Part shown: one piece after another, positions 1 through 12,500 of the stretch
Layout: each line of letters starts with the position of its first letter
How positions within the stretch are numbered: the stretch's first letter is position 1
Assembly: GCF_964355755.1 (NCBI RefSeq)
Contig: NC_092677.1
Coordinates: forward strand, 27,267,175 to 27,331,174
Length of the DNA: 64,000 bases
Direction of reading: 5' to 3'
DNA from: Antedon mediterranea
Taxonomy: Eukaryota; Animalia; Echinodermata
Position numbers and translations under genes: made by a program
Notes under the pieces: generated by a model
What the model saw: the letters and a program-made list of their open reading frames with translations, nothing else
Told to the model about the DNA's origin: nothing
Databases searched by the model: none

Positions 1-479
1 CCAATACATATTATAAATAAGCCAATACATATTTGATAGATAATTGATTTGATGATTTCAGGTTTTGAAACGTGAAGTCTGTGTTTCAAATTGCTGTCTA
101 AATATAAAAATATATTCACATTGGTAATACAGTATATACTGTACTTCATTCTGTTTTATTCAATTTTCAACATATAATACATGACAACGGTGCAGCAACC
201 TGAGGATTGCCATAAGTGCTAAGCACTATCTAATTGGCTTTCCATATACTGCACTTAAACATATAAAAATAAAAAAACATAAGAAATAAAAAATCGAAAC
301 ATTTTGCAGCGTCAAAATTGAACAATCATTAAAATATATATATATATTATTTACAGATAAAATGTTGATGATGAGTGAAACCAAATTAATTCAATCCTTC
401 TTTTCATGTCGTCTTTTGACGTAGTTCAGAAGAATTTAAATTGTGGAGCTATTATAAAGTTATTTATTTATTTATTCAG

Positions 480-536
480 GTTCATCAAATATTCGTAATA
501 AGACCATTGGTATAGTAGTGGAAGAGACATACTCAT
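480..536 (+). CDS. SIDT1: SIDT exon, end of extracellular domain ([18 protein letters not shown])
   Basis: ttattcag acceptor, gtaagt donor; phase 1-1; resembles the SIDT pre-TM1 segment and is in frame with the next exon. Confidence 0.8.
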
Positions 537-3500
537 GTAAGTATTTAAATATTTTCAAAAAAATAATTGCAATTAATTTAAAACAAAAACATAGTCGTCA
601 ATCATTAAAATATGTTTTAAATGACAGCTCTGTTATTATTAGTTAATGCTATCTTTAGTAGTATATTAAATGTTTTAGGTGTATATATGAGGTTTAGCAC
701 AAAACAATAACATCAACAAAAATGCAAATAGTTTCTGTGTTAGTATGTTTTTGTTTGAAATTTTATTTTGTTTTTTGATATGAAACAATTAAGTTTATTT
801 GTAATAGTTGTGTTGGAACATTTTCATTTCATAAACGTATGTATTTAGTTAATAATGAAATATATTAAAATATACAAATAAAAAAGAGAGCCATATTTTT
901 TGGGGTTTTTTTTGCTGATGAATCATGTTTAATTTTGTATAAAATTACTCATATTCTATGACTAGGTCATGTACAGACCTTACATTAGCTATCCACTCAT
1001 TGTCGTCATCAACGTTCACTCTAAATCCTTTTCATTATAATGTCCTTGTCATCCGTATGTTCATTTTTTTAGCATCTCATGGGAATCAGCGAAGCATTTT
1101 AATAATGATAGGCAGTCTGATACTTATTGAGTTCACATTATCAAATGATCCGAAAAGCCAAACCGTTTTTTTTTTCTGTTTTGAAAACTACTACTTATAT
1201 TTATTATTCAAAAACATTTTCAACATCTTTTCATTCATCTTTTCATCTTAATCATTAATTTCATCAATAACAGTAACATTCATGTTAATAACTTCCGCTG
1301 CGTTTCTTCTTTTTTTTTAATTCATTAATACAATATTACTTGGTTACTTACTTAATTAGTTACTTACTTACTTGGTTACTTACTTGATTACTTATTGTTT
1401 ACTTACTTGGTTTCCATCTGCAAAGGCCCCCAATTTATCTTTTAAGCAATCAACATTTGGTGCAGTTATCACATTTTATGTAAGATTATTCCATCTTTCA
1501 ACAATTCTATTACCAACAAATTTATTTAAAATTTATCACTATATAAAATGAAGATGATAAAATTAAGTAATTAATGAAGCTTAATGTGTATGTTTTGTTT
1601 ACTATAGCAACAGAATATTGGCGCCCAGTTTTGGCGACTATAGGACTTATGCTTCTATTTTATCTTGTCACCGGTATCCTAGTGTTTGTGGCATCTGCCA
1701 GGTAAGATTTTTTATCCTATCAAAATCAGAATGGGGGGGGGGAGGGGGGGGGGGCAACTCACAAACCCCCAAAATCCATATAAAAACAACAACATAATAC
1801 AGCAACTTCTATGACTTGCGTGATGTTGTTTATTTATTTTCCACAACTAATACATATATTTCTTTATAAATCATTAAGTACTATATAAATGTAGATGGTG
1901 GTCAAAAGAAATAGACTTTAAGCAGAGACCACCATTAAGACAATAGAAAAAAAACAATACAATGAGATTACTGTACAATAAATATATAAATAAAAATATA
2001 TAAAGGTAGCATGGTTTATAACATGTCTTCTGTACTTGTCTTGTTCATTCGTTACCTAGTTGGAGGATTTTATTTTTTGTCTTCTTGTGAATGATATTGT
2101 ATCTCTCGGTTATAATAAACAGAGTTTCTGTCATCTGAAATTTGACATTTCAGATGTTGGTAACTATGCCACTCTTTAAAACTTTGTTTCAATACCATAT
2201 GTATTTTATATGAATGTGTCTCCTTTGCCAATAAAAAAACGACATTAACATGAGAATGAGGCGAGTGGGAATCAAGAATGAATAGCTATAAAGTATAATA
2301 GTTAAATTCATATATTGTGAAATTGAAATTCCACAAACTAGGTCTGTACATAGTTTGTATCAAAAAGGAAATCAGAAGGCATGTACTGCAATTTAGAAGT
2401 AATAATGATATTAATAGGGATATTAAACAATAGTTGCAAAATAAATGAAGTGAAGCTTAGCTAACTTCTGCACATGCTCACAAACCTTACTAAATAAATG
2501 TTATTTTACATGGCCTATGGCATTTTTGCAATCTGCATTTTTAATAGTTTTTAACAATATTTTAACATAGGCATATAAATAGTATTTTAACATTGCCTTT
2601 TGATATATTGTTCTTTGTTGTTTTATTGTCTATAATGCAAAACAAAATTCAATTTTAAAGTGAACCAGTAAAATTTCTTGAATCTTATGATGTACCTTAA
2701 ATATGGCAATTGTTGTCAGTTCAGTTTAGATCTGCACGTTGTTTGAGGCCCAGTGTTTATCTCTATTGGGTCTCTGATATTAATACAATAACAGGTGCGA
2801 AAGTAATATATCTTTATGATCTATTCAAATTATCATATCCAGTATTGAGCCATAAAGATATTTAAATTTACATATTTTATGACAGAAATAAAAATGTGGT
2901 GAAGTCAAACATAAACGTTATACAGTATATGTATATTATGACGTTTAGCAATTTTTTTGTTATTATGCTTTTAAATGGCAAATTATAAATGATAATCAAT
3001 GTTTATAAATAAATATATTTGGTATCAATATAAATGATATCAATATAAATGATATCAATATAAATGATATCAATATAAATGATATCAATATAAATGATAT
3101 CAATATAAATGATATCAATATAAATGATATCAATATAAATGATATCAATATAAATGATATCAATATAAATGATATCAATATAAATGATAACAATATAAAT
3201 GATATCAATATAAATGATATCAATATAAATGATATCAATATAAATGATAACAATATAAATGATATCAATATAAATGATATCAATATAAATGATAACAATA
3301 TAAATGATAACAATATAAATGATATCAATATGATATCAATATAAATCATATTAATATAAATTTATGTATTAATATCAATTTTATAAATGAATCAATTGTA
3401 TATGAACAGAAATTAGAAATGTGTTGCAAGTTTCATTTCAACATCCAGTTATTATTTAAAAATTAAATTAAATGACTGCTGTCAGATTTGAACCAGTAAC

Positions 3501-6500
3501 ATGTCAGTTCACAGGGCAAGCTCCTTAACCACATAGGTATGATGGTATCCAAAGGTCAGGTCACTCCCAGCTTCTTATGCAATTGTCAAAGACATTCAGA
3601 ATATTATTATTGATTTATGAATGAATATTAATAACACAAGAATGCAAACAGCGCAAAATTTGATTTAATTATCCAACTAAAACATTAAAACATGCTTTTT
3701 ATTATAATATAATATTCCTACTATATTTTTTAACAGACAAGATAGTAACAGCAGTGGTGAAGGTAAGTAGTAATGTTTAATTTACAATTTCCCATGTGAG
3801 TGCTTCCTATTTCATAGATACATTTCATTTTATTCTCTTTTTCAATTTAACTTTAGAGCGCTAATATTTCATATTCTGTCACTAAGACAGATAGTTTTAC
3901 GAATCAAATTGCCCCAAGGGGGAGTCCCTAACGGCTTAGTCCGTGATGCTTCAAATTGTTCTCAACTTGATGTACATTTTAAACATCTGAGTCGTCGAGC
4001 AGATTAATAGAACCATTACAGCTAATGTTTATCACCTGTATTATAACTCTTATATGTTGTCTCTGCGTAATTTACTTATTTAAATTTAATTCATGGAAAT
4101 TATAAAAAATCAATTGATTTATGTGTGCAAGATTTTAGATGGAAGTAAAGTATTAAAGTATTAAGTTTTGGATTAAATTATTGAATTAAAATATTATACA
4201 AATAATTTCCTACTTTTGAAAATAAATAGCAAAATAAACACCAATGGCATCAGTATTTCTGTTTCTATAATTTGCTTTTATAATAATTTGTAGATCATCC
4301 TTAATTTATAACAAACATTTGAATAATTTGAAATTGTAACGATTCATTATGCTCTGTCTACACTATCAAACTAGTTTGACAAAAAAGGTGTGATGTGCCC
4401 AAATATGGTGGTGATGCCCAAATACGCTAGTGATATGACATTATGTCCATATATGGGCAAATCATATTTTTTTGTCGCATAAAGTTTCATAGTGTGGACA
4501 GAGCTTTAGGAAGATCTGTTTCAAAATACTAAATTTTAAAATTGATGTCGAATCATTTGTAAGGCTTTTTATGCACTAAATACATTCATTCGCAATAATC
4601 ACCTGACCATCTTCAAACCCTGAAATGCAATACTTATTAATTTATTCCGACATAAAAAGTTATTTTGTATAGCTATATAGATATCAATAATCAGAATATT
4701 GTAAACAATTGGAATTTACATATGCAATTATTAATTAGGTCTTGTGATTGTGATCTAATTTACATATGATGGTATATAATGGTCATGTTGGTCTTGATAT
4801 ATTATCTTGTATAAACAAATTAAAGATTTTAATTATCTGTGTAGAGACGTCACTTGTTTTAAACTGTGTACAATATTAGTAGCAGCCTAAAAATTTCAAA
4901 ATTAAGTTATTAAAAACCTATTTAAATCTTTTGAATTTATTTTATATAAATTGTATTGAGATCTCTATTTTTTATCTTAAAATTGTAATTAAAATATTTT
5001 AAGCGTTTGATCAAATTGGAAAAGAGCTATATAAGCAATTATTATTTATTATTTTATTTTAAACAATTTCACAAGTTTCCCCAGGACGAGTGAGGTCTGA
5101 CCTTCTTTTCCTTTACTTCCATCCATCTTTGAATAATTTACTAAAAAAAACCATCCATAGTTCATTTACCGTCCATTCTTCCTAAAAGTAGATATAGGTC
5201 ATAGGTCACACCTAACTGGACAACAGATAATGCATTGATAACATGTTGAGACAGCAAACATTCAGTTTGTTTAGTTTTATACAATTGAATTGCTTTTGTA
5301 TAATTACAGAAACAATTATTGTTATTATATTATTTTAAAGCTTGTCTTTGCATCAATTATGTTAATTATAAACATGTTTTTACAGTCTGGTGAAAGTGCG
5401 TTCAATTACGTTCTTAAACGCCTTAAGGGAAGGCATTAATTATCTTAATAAACATACAATGATGTTGTTTATCATTGTAAAATTTGTAATTCAAATTTAT
5501 CTGCTGGTAATATTAAGTGTACTGTATATTCAATTTTCATGTCAGAGCCTACCGACCAGACAGGTAAGCGTATACCAATTGGTTAAAAGCAATTTGTTGA
5601 ATAATACATGCATTTGTTTAATGACGTTTGCAATTTGTTTGGTTCTAGTTTTTATTGGTTATTATGAATATATATTGAATAGCCCCCTCTTTTGGTTATT
5701 ATGAATATATATTGAATAGCCCCCTCTTTTGGTTATTATGAATATATATTGAATAGCCCCCTCTTTTGGATTTTTTTTTGTAATGTTTCTTTGAGTTTGT
5801 TATTAAATATGTTAATTTTTTTTTGTGGTTTTTTTTTGGTTTTTGTTTTTTGTTTTTTGGTTTTGCATGCACTTTCAGTCTTATGCACTGATTAAAAAAC
5901 GTAATGCAGTTTAAATATTATTTATTTTAAGTTTAAAATAAGGGTGAAGAAAAGTGAACGTATTGCAAATTAGCCTATGATTTGGATCAATTTAGTTTCG
6001 TTTGCTGCCCTCTCTAATTTATGTAAGTTCGTTGAATTACCTCAATTGAATTACAGTAGGTCTCTTTCCTTTTTTGACTTTTAACTTTATCTTAATTTTA
6101 TTTTATCCGTTTTAAAACAACTTGTTTTCTCTTTTTTTAAATCATAATTTACTTATCTTTGCAGTAGAATCACCCAGATTTATTTTATTTTTATTTTAAT
6201 TTATTCTTCACTTCAATGCGCCTTAAAAGTGTTTTATGTTCGCAATATATTTGTCAGCTTTCAAATCACATCCAATCATAAACATATTTCTAGAGCATCA
6301 ATTGCAAATGGTGTTAATTACGACAGTACTAAATAATCAGCATCGTGAAGATGAATGATAAATCTGCGTCATCGTCGTATGTGATCCGTTAAACGCAGAT
6401 AAAATGTGTAATCTTTATGTACTCTGTGTTGCCACTCTTACTCACAATTTGTACGAATAATTAAAATATGGAACTGAATTCTTGTTTTTCTTGGCATAAT

Positions 6501-9500
6501 TCAAAAGTTTAAAATTTACCCTGAGGAGGACGATAATAATAATATTAACAAAAGAAATAGATTAAACTAACACTACTTCAATTAAGAATTAATGTTTGGC
6601 ACCTGTGGTGTTTATATTATATACTGTTAATGTAAAAACAAAATAAGAGAAACAAGAAATGATTTATTACAAAGAAATGTATTTATTCAAAATAAGTATG
6701 TAACACAAATATATGAAATAAAGCTGAATGATTCTCACAAAAGAGAGAAAAAAAGTTGAATATAATATTACATATTTAGAATGGTTTAATTAATCTAAAA
6801 AAATGTTGAAATCACTGACAATGAAGCTAGCGTATGTTATTTCTATCAATGAAAATGTTTAATGTTCATACACTTAAAAATGTATCACATTTCAAAATTA
6901 GCAGTTGCAGTCAATACATTATTGCTCACATTCCTGAAACATACATACATTATTGCACATGTCTTATAAAACATACATTTACTTCTCACAACATGCATAT
7001 ATTACTGCTCACAGCAGACTAAACAAAACCAGCCTTAAAATGGACCTGAAATGGAATTTCGATTTTCAAGAAATTCACACATGTTATTTAAATGTATCAA
7101 ATTAACACAAACCCATACAAATAAAAACAAAATGTATAGTATTTTGAGTAAAAACGAAATTTTAAGATACCATGGTAAATTAGCGAAAATTACTCACGCC
7201 ATTGCAATATTCTATTTCAACGGCCGTCGGAAGCCTCTATATTCACGACGTCACATATACACACGATGATATCGAGAGCGTGTATGCCGCCCGATAGTCA
7301 GTGAATGATCGACGGCCTGGAAAGATACGCGAAGCGTTGACACTAATACTAATTTATTCAATATCTAATGTTGTTGAAATATAGGTCCCTAAAATGTACT
7401 TCGTTTGTTCTAAAACCCGAATTTAGAAGGCCTACCTCCCAAACCTTTACTAGGCCTAGGCCCCCAATCCAGCGCGCGGAGTCGATCCACCACCCACATC
7501 ATGCGGCGAGGCTCCGTTTCATGTGCATCCAAGGACCAAAGCGATATCAACAACTTGCTGCGCTCATTGTCAAGCCAAAGTAAAATATGAATAAAATTCG
7601 TTTTCGAACTGCCTGATTCGTGACAAATAAATTATCATCTCATATTACTAATTTAATTCTGCTAAACTAAAAACTAAAGAAACTAACACATTTTAGCAGT
7701 ATAAATTACGAACGATATACAAAATACACGAACGGAAAATATGGATACGCATCATTGCGCACGGAGCTGTATCCCGGACAACGTTGCCAGGCCAACTTCG
7801 GTATTGCCAGAAAAAAACCGTTGATTTTAAGATTTTAAATCGTCATTTACTCGATGAATAACCGTTTATACGGTAATAATTTTATCTAAAAAAATTCTAA
7901 ATACGTTTCTGCAAATGCACAAGCATTTTTTAGAAAATACTCCACAGATTTCAAGAGTTATAGCCAAAAAACTGCAAATTGTCCATTGGAGGGATAGGAA
8001 TATATTCGCAAAGTGACGTCACCCGCGAATTTTTTTGATTTTCAAATGGGGCTTTCCCCAAAAGGGCCAATTTATATTTTGTAACAATATACATTATAGC
8101 AACACCTAATAGCCCCCAAAACATCATTCTAAAATGAAAAAAATCGAAAATCCATTTCAGGTCCATTTTAACCAACAAATTTCCTAATTTACTCTGTGAT
8201 GTGTTTAAATGACGGATGTCTAGCTGAAGGTGAAACTATCAATTTGCATTAATATTCAAAATATACTTTATGTATGATTACGTTTGCCATTGCAATTTTA
8301 GAATGAAAATTATTTTAAAAAGGGGAATTTGAAAGTTAAATTAATTCCAGTGGATGAATGTATGTATTTAATGATAAGAAAGGAGTAATCGTGTAATGAG
8401 GAATGTTTTAATTCTTGTATCAAAGCCCAACCAAGCTTAAGCTCTGTCTACACTATCAAACTAGTTTGTGCCCAAGTATGGTAGTGATATACCCAAATAT
8501 GGTAGTGATATGACATCATCATGTCCATATATGGGCACATCACTTTTTTTTTCACATAGTTTGATAGTGTAGACAGAGCTTTAGAGGTTTGACTATTTTA
8601 TCTGACAGCCATAATTTAGAAACAATAGTTAATATGGCTTCACAATAGAACCTCTACATTGAGTCTCCACTATTCATGGTGACCCCCTCCCCCTCTCCCC
8701 TCCCAAATTAAGAGGACGCTTTGTTGTGTCCAAAAGTGCCCTTTAATGGGGTTCTACTTTATGCAATAATGATTAATTAAAATGAGAGGTGATATTACAA
8801 GATATAATTAAAACTTAATTAATTTTTTGTTTGTTTTTACTATTATTATTATTTGCATGAAGTATACTGACCTAAATTATTATATTTTTATAATTGTTGT
8901 ATTTGGTGTATATTATTATATATATTAGATTGTATAGAATAGAATAGTAGCATTTCACAAGTGACATGTATTGTATATGCCTCTTTATAATGTAATAATG
9001 ACATTGTGTGTTTTTCTTTTCTTTTATATTGCATAATGGTTTCCTTTGTGTTCACATGCCATATTCAGCCAGTCTATTAGGTAGAGTGCACTTGAGTATT
9101 TGTAGTTTAAGCTTGGTTCCCACTAGAACGCAACGCAGCGATGTATAGACACGAAGTACTGTATTACAGTACGTAGTCACAAGTGGGAACCGACGACGAC
9201 GCAACATCACAAATTTGATTTCACGCAGGCGGAAGAAAGCACAATTACTTGCGTAGGTTGCGTTGCTAGTGGGAACCAAGCTTTAGTATTACAGTCAATA
9301 TGTTGTGTAATTTATTCTGCTGTAGTTATTACTGCAGTAATCGCAACATCACAAACATAAAAGTATCAACATTACTATCATTAAAATTGACAACATTATA
9401 AAATTATTTTTAATTTGCTGTATGTTTGTTAATTTCAATGATGTCAGCAAAATAAAATTGATCAAAAACATCACTGTCATCATCAAAATGTTCAACATTA

Positions 9501-12500
9501 TCAAATTATCAATTGATCAAAAACATCACTATCATCAGCAAAATGTTCAACATTAGCAAATGATTTTTAATGTACGTATGTTGATAATATTCAAGCACAT
9601 GAATGTTCATATCATGGTTGTATTATATATCGTTCATGGTGATGCAAGTAATGTAGTGATGCACCCATCAATATAGCCAATGTGAATGTCAAATGTGAGT
9701 GTCGTATAATATGATTCATTTGTTTTTCTCAACCATATGTTTTTATATTTTTTTTTAAATGATGATTTTATTTGTACAACTGTTGATAAGTTATCAACTA
9801 TGTAATATAACCCTGGTAGCATCTGTTATTATATATTTCAATTCAGAAAAAAATAAAAATTTAAAAAAATTACAAACATGAGAATGTTTGTTTTCCATCA
9901 ATATTGAAAAATAAAGTTGAAATTAAATAAAATAAATAAACATTTTAAAAAATTGATTGTACTCCAAAATAATAATTCTTATAATCTGATTATGAATTAA
10001 TAAATTAGTTTATTTTGTTGATATAAAGTTCTGAAAAGAACAGTTCGTTTCAGAACTAATATACGTGGTTTGATTTCGCCATGCAAATCTTAAAACAATA
10101 TATTTGTTTATTTTGTTTTAGTTTCGGACGTCAGCAGTAATCGGCCATTTGTGTCTGATCAGCAAGATACATATGGATCTACAGGTTAGAATTCAATCAT
10201 ACAACAATCCTCATTAACAGTAATAAATGGTGGGCTAACAATACAATAATAGGCTATTAGGGAGAACAAATATATAGTAGAGGCGAGTGAATGGCCAAGC
10301 AGTTAAGACAGTGGAACCATAAGCCATAACATCGGCAAGGGTTCCAGGCTCACACACTCCATGGTGGTGGAACAAGTCTTCTCGGATATGAACTATAAAG
10401 CATAGGTCCGGTGTACAACTCTTTGCTCATGTATAAGAACCTATAGTACATCTTTTGAGATGAGTAGGGGGTTACCCCGGTGTACTAGTACACGCACAGT
10501 CACTGATCATAACTGGGCCCTCTGGGATAACAGTCTTTGACAGGAGAGACTACCCAGTGTAAAGATAACATTGGTGGGAGAATACAAGATCACTAGCCTG
10601 AAACTAAATAATATCACAATTGTCTATAATAGGGCGTCCATCACCAAATCACGTTGGGCATGGCGGTGCGAGCGAGAGACGTGGTTCTACCAGTTCCGCA
10701 TCAGACGAAGATGATATCGATTATCTTGAAGATATCGAACAAGAGAAGGAGGTTTACCGGACAAAGACTGTCCTGTTTGTTTCCGATCTCTCCAGAAAGG
10801 ATCCCAAGCTGATGAGAATGAAGTACAGACTGTACCACTGGAATCTGATCACTATTGCCGTCTTCTACGCCCTACCGGTCATCCAACTTGTCGTCACTTA
10901 TCAAACGGTATTTTACTTTTTTCTTCTTTTTTTTTAAATGTTCAAAATCATCAAAGTTTATGCCATAGTGACTATCTTTGACCGTTCTTGTCTCTTGTCA
11001 GTGCTCCCTTTTTATGTTTATGTTTTACTGAAAAGAATAAATAAAATAAAATTGATGGAGTAGCCAATATCTGACACTAGGTCATCCTCTTACATTCATC
11101 TCCCAAAACACAGGACTACTATATTTCACCAAAGTATTAGATACTCTGGTGAATGTTTTGCCTCATTCGTTACAAAATATACAAAATGTAAATAATTTCA
11201 AAAAAACTGCAAAATATTATTTATTATCAAACAATACTTAGCTGCCATGTTTCTTGTTAATATATTTACCTTTTAATAGAAATATTGAAAATGTATTAAT
11301 ATGATTTATACTACAATTGAAATGTACCGCTTTAGGTTTTATTGTTATTTTCATTTCTGTGTCTTATTTATATGTTTTGTTTACTTTTGATTGTTTTGTT
11401 TGGGCGTCCCTGACACAAGCTTTGCTTTTTTGGTGACGCCACCATTTTGGAAATAAATGTTGATTTTGATTGATTGATTGATCAAAATTAGTTTTTGGAT
11501 CTATATTCCATTTTTTTCTGCATGACAAATTTTGAGGTTGCTTATTTGTTAAAGGTATTGAGTATTGCTGAATTGAATAGAACATGTTGTGTCAATTGTT
11601 TTTACTCACTCGGTAATAAAACGTAGTCCACAATACTTTACATGTTATTCTTTGTAATTAAAATGTTATTGTAACGTTTACTGATCAATTTGTACTTTGT
11701 CGGTTCATCTCAATACATATTTAAATAATTACTCTATTTTCCTTCGTTGTCTCTGGAGATGTCGGTAAATGGATCAAACAATACTGCCGATTTAAGATAA
11801 ACAGGTTGGTTGTCGTTAGTGTGAACGCAAATTAGGGTTTAACCGATTTGGGTCGGTGACTTATTTCCAGAATGTTTATGCTTATAACCCCCAAGAGAGT
11901 TTTCTGTACTGTACTCTCTTATTTACAATCAAACAGTCGTGAAAAATACAAAGGTAACGGTGAATTTTCAATGGTGTAAAAATAGATATCGACCTACACG
12001 GTAAATTTTATCATATTTTATTTTTCAAGAGGGGAATTGTTTTCATTATATATTTAGGCTTGGTGCCAAAAAATTGCCATTCAATTTTAATGACTTTCTA
12101 ATTGTGCATATTCGCTGGATAAACCTGTGTACACTATTCTCTAGAGTAATTAAACAAGACTTAAATTGGGAGTTCAAGACCGTGGTACCAGGCAGGCTTT
12201 GATCCAAGCATCAGAAATACCAAGTTCCACACTCAACTAACTATTCCATACTCAACTAACTATTCCACACTCAACTAACTATTCCATACTCAACTAACTA
12301 TTCCACACTCAACTAACTATTCCACACTCAACTAACTATTCCACACTCAACTAACTATTCCACACTCAACTAACTATTCCACACTCAACTAACTATTCTA
12401 CACTCAACTAACTATTCCACACTCAACTAACTATTCCATACTCAACTAACTATTCCATACTCAACTAACTATTCCACACTCAACTAACTATTCCATACTC

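Noticed and set aside
2996-3349. 117-aa hydrophobic ORF
   Set aside because: Translation of a 15-bp minisatellite.
5083-5092. Additional microexon after ttccccag (gacgagtgag)
   Set aside because: Possible lengths (5 or 10 nt) are not multiples of three and would break the SIDT frame.
7051-8178. Short ORFs within the TTAA element as a transposase
   Set aside because: Each is under 80 aa and lacks DDE, THAP or zinc-finger motifs.
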